32,000 bases of DNA from Opitutia bacterium KCR 482 (GTDB lineage: Bacteria > Verrucomicrobiota > Verrucomicrobiia > Opitutales > Intestinicryptomonadaceae): the NCBI GenBank assembly GCA_029269845.2, contig CP149973.1, positions 1,950,001-1,982,000 of the forward strand, read 5' to 3'. The translations under genes and the position numbers were made by a program. The notes beneath the pieces are model-generated. The model made no database searches. It was given only the letters and a program-made list of their open reading frames with translations, and was not told where the DNA came from. This document shows, in pieces, positions 31,243 to 32,000 of this stretch. How positions within the stretch are numbered: the stretch's first letter is position 1; each line of letters begins with the position of its first letter.

Positions 31243-31881
31243 ATGGCAGAAGACAAAGCACGCATTTTGGCGGACGGAATTGAAGTTTGGTGCGCCTACG
31301 ACAAACTCGTAAAGGTTGACGAACTCATTCCCCACCCGAAAAATCCAAATACCCACCCGCAAAACCAGATAAAGATTCTGGCGCAAAATATCCGCTACCA
31401 CGGCTGGCGGCACCCGATTGTAGTTTCAAAGCTTTCGGGCTATATTGTGGCTGGGCACGGCAGACTCGAAGCCGCAAAAGAATTGGGCGTTTCAATCGTT
31501 CCCGTGGAGTTTCAAAAATTTTCTTCCGAAGACAACGAACTTGCCGTTCTTGTCGGCGACAACCGCTTGGCGGAGCTTTCGTCGCTCGACTTAAACGGGC
31601 TTCAAGACATCGTAGACGGCTTCAAGGAAACGAGCTTCGATACAATCTTAGCAGGCTTTGAACCCACCGATTTGAACGCTCTTCTTGGCGAAAAAACTCC
31701 CGATTTTAAAGACGAAGCCGAAAAGGAGCTTACCCAGTCGGAAGTCACAATTCAGGCTGGGAACTACCGATTCCGCATAAGTCAGGAAGATTTCGGGGTA
31801 TGGATTGACAAGTTAAAGCAGGAAGTCGGGTTCGACAAGGAATCGGTAATTGCGGAACTTCGCAGGAGGCTTTCCATATGA
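31243..31881 (+). CDS. ParB-like nuclease-domain (ParB/Srx fold) protein
   Basis: I prefer ATG 31243 (MAEDKARIL...) over the track TTG at 31222. ELIPHPKNPNTHPQNQIKILAQNIRYHGWRHPIVVSKLSGYIVAGHGRLEAAKELG carries the ParB N-terminal-domain signature, including the GHGR box. Confidence 0.85.
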   Translation: MAEDKARILADGIEVWCAYDKLVKVDELIPHPKNPNTHPQNQIKILAQNIRYHGWRHPIVVSKLSGYIVAGHGRLEAAKELGVSIVPVEFQKFSSEDNELAVLVGDNRLAELSSLDLNGLQDIVDGFKETSFDTILAGFEPTDLNALLGEKTPDFKDEAEKELTQSEVTIQAGNYRFRISQEDFGVWIDKLKQEVGFDKESVIAELRRRLSI

Positions 31882-32000
31882 TAAAAATTGAGCCTCTTTC
31901 GGCGGTAAACCCGTCAACCTACAATCCGCGAACCGCCGATCCGAAGCGGCTTGATTTGATTGAGCTTTCGCTTCGCAAATTGGGATTTATCGCGCCCATT
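31878..32000 (+). CDS. Second ParB-like nuclease-domain protein (N-terminal fragment; continues beyond the window)
   Basis: ATGA overlap with the previous stop. My translation is MIKIEPLSAVNPSTYNPRTADPKRLDLIELSLRKLGFIAPI, the typical ParB N-terminal-domain opening (I-P-L...NPR...L-SI---G---P). Confidence 0.7.
   Translation, partial: MIKIEPLSAVNPSTYNPRTADPKRLDLIELSLRKLGFIAPI

Larger units (their letters stand above)
18817..32000. mobile_element. Temperate-phage-like integrative element (prophage or phage satellite) inserted at the 3' end of tRNA-Asp; right end lies beyond the window
   Basis: GC drops abruptly at the tRNA. A tyrosine integrase lies 243 nt downstream of the tRNA. Phage recombination and replication modules are present (Sak4-like, DUF669-like, DnaC-like, DUF3102), along with an element-borne tRNA, a Nu1-like HTH protein and ParB-like nuclease-domain genes. 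The exact attL core cannot be defined without attR. Confidence 0.8.

Overview
The window has two parts. (1) Positions 1 to ~18.7 kb are high-GC (roughly 60% by eye) chromosomal backbone of a diderm bacterium. I cannot assign the taxon from here; a PVC-group or similar Gram-negative is only a guess. The genes are ordinary housekeeping and envelope genes: a partial WecE-like aminotransferase, an ADP-ribosylglycohydrolase-family protein, a DUF5696-like protein, a small ferredoxin, a tightly packed lptD-scpA-orf80-glmM-TPR block, mpl, an SGNH hydrolase, mutL, a secreted beta-helix protein and an OprB-family porin. Many long Arg/Ala/Pro-rich ORFs in the supplied track are GC-driven shadow frames. 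(2) tRNA-Asp(GTC) at 18740-18816 coincides with an abrupt GC drop. It marks the left junction of a temperate-phage-like integrative element that runs off the right edge (at least 13.2 kb visible). In order, the element carries a tyrosine integrase, two overlapping genes of unknown function and a ~550-bp divergent control region. A rightward early operon follows: Xis-like HTH, Sak4-like AAA ATPase, DUF669-like protein, small membrane peptide, DUF6291-like protein, DnaC-like loader, HTH protein and DUF3102 protein. After that come an element-borne initiator-like tRNA-Met(CAT) and a very AT-rich moron encoding a protein with a literal PD-(D/E)xK motif. These are followed by a Nu1-like HTH protein preceded by a four-copy 9-mer array, several unknowns and two tandem ParB-like nuclease-domain genes. 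The best candidates for something undescribed are (a) the integrase-proximal overlapping gene pair at 20292-22458, with its long structured leader and possible antisense RNA, and (b) the AT-rich PD-(D/E)xK gene at 27496-28551. I saw no CRISPR array, rRNA or IS/transposase. All family assignments come from motif recognition by eye; no database search or folding computation was possible.
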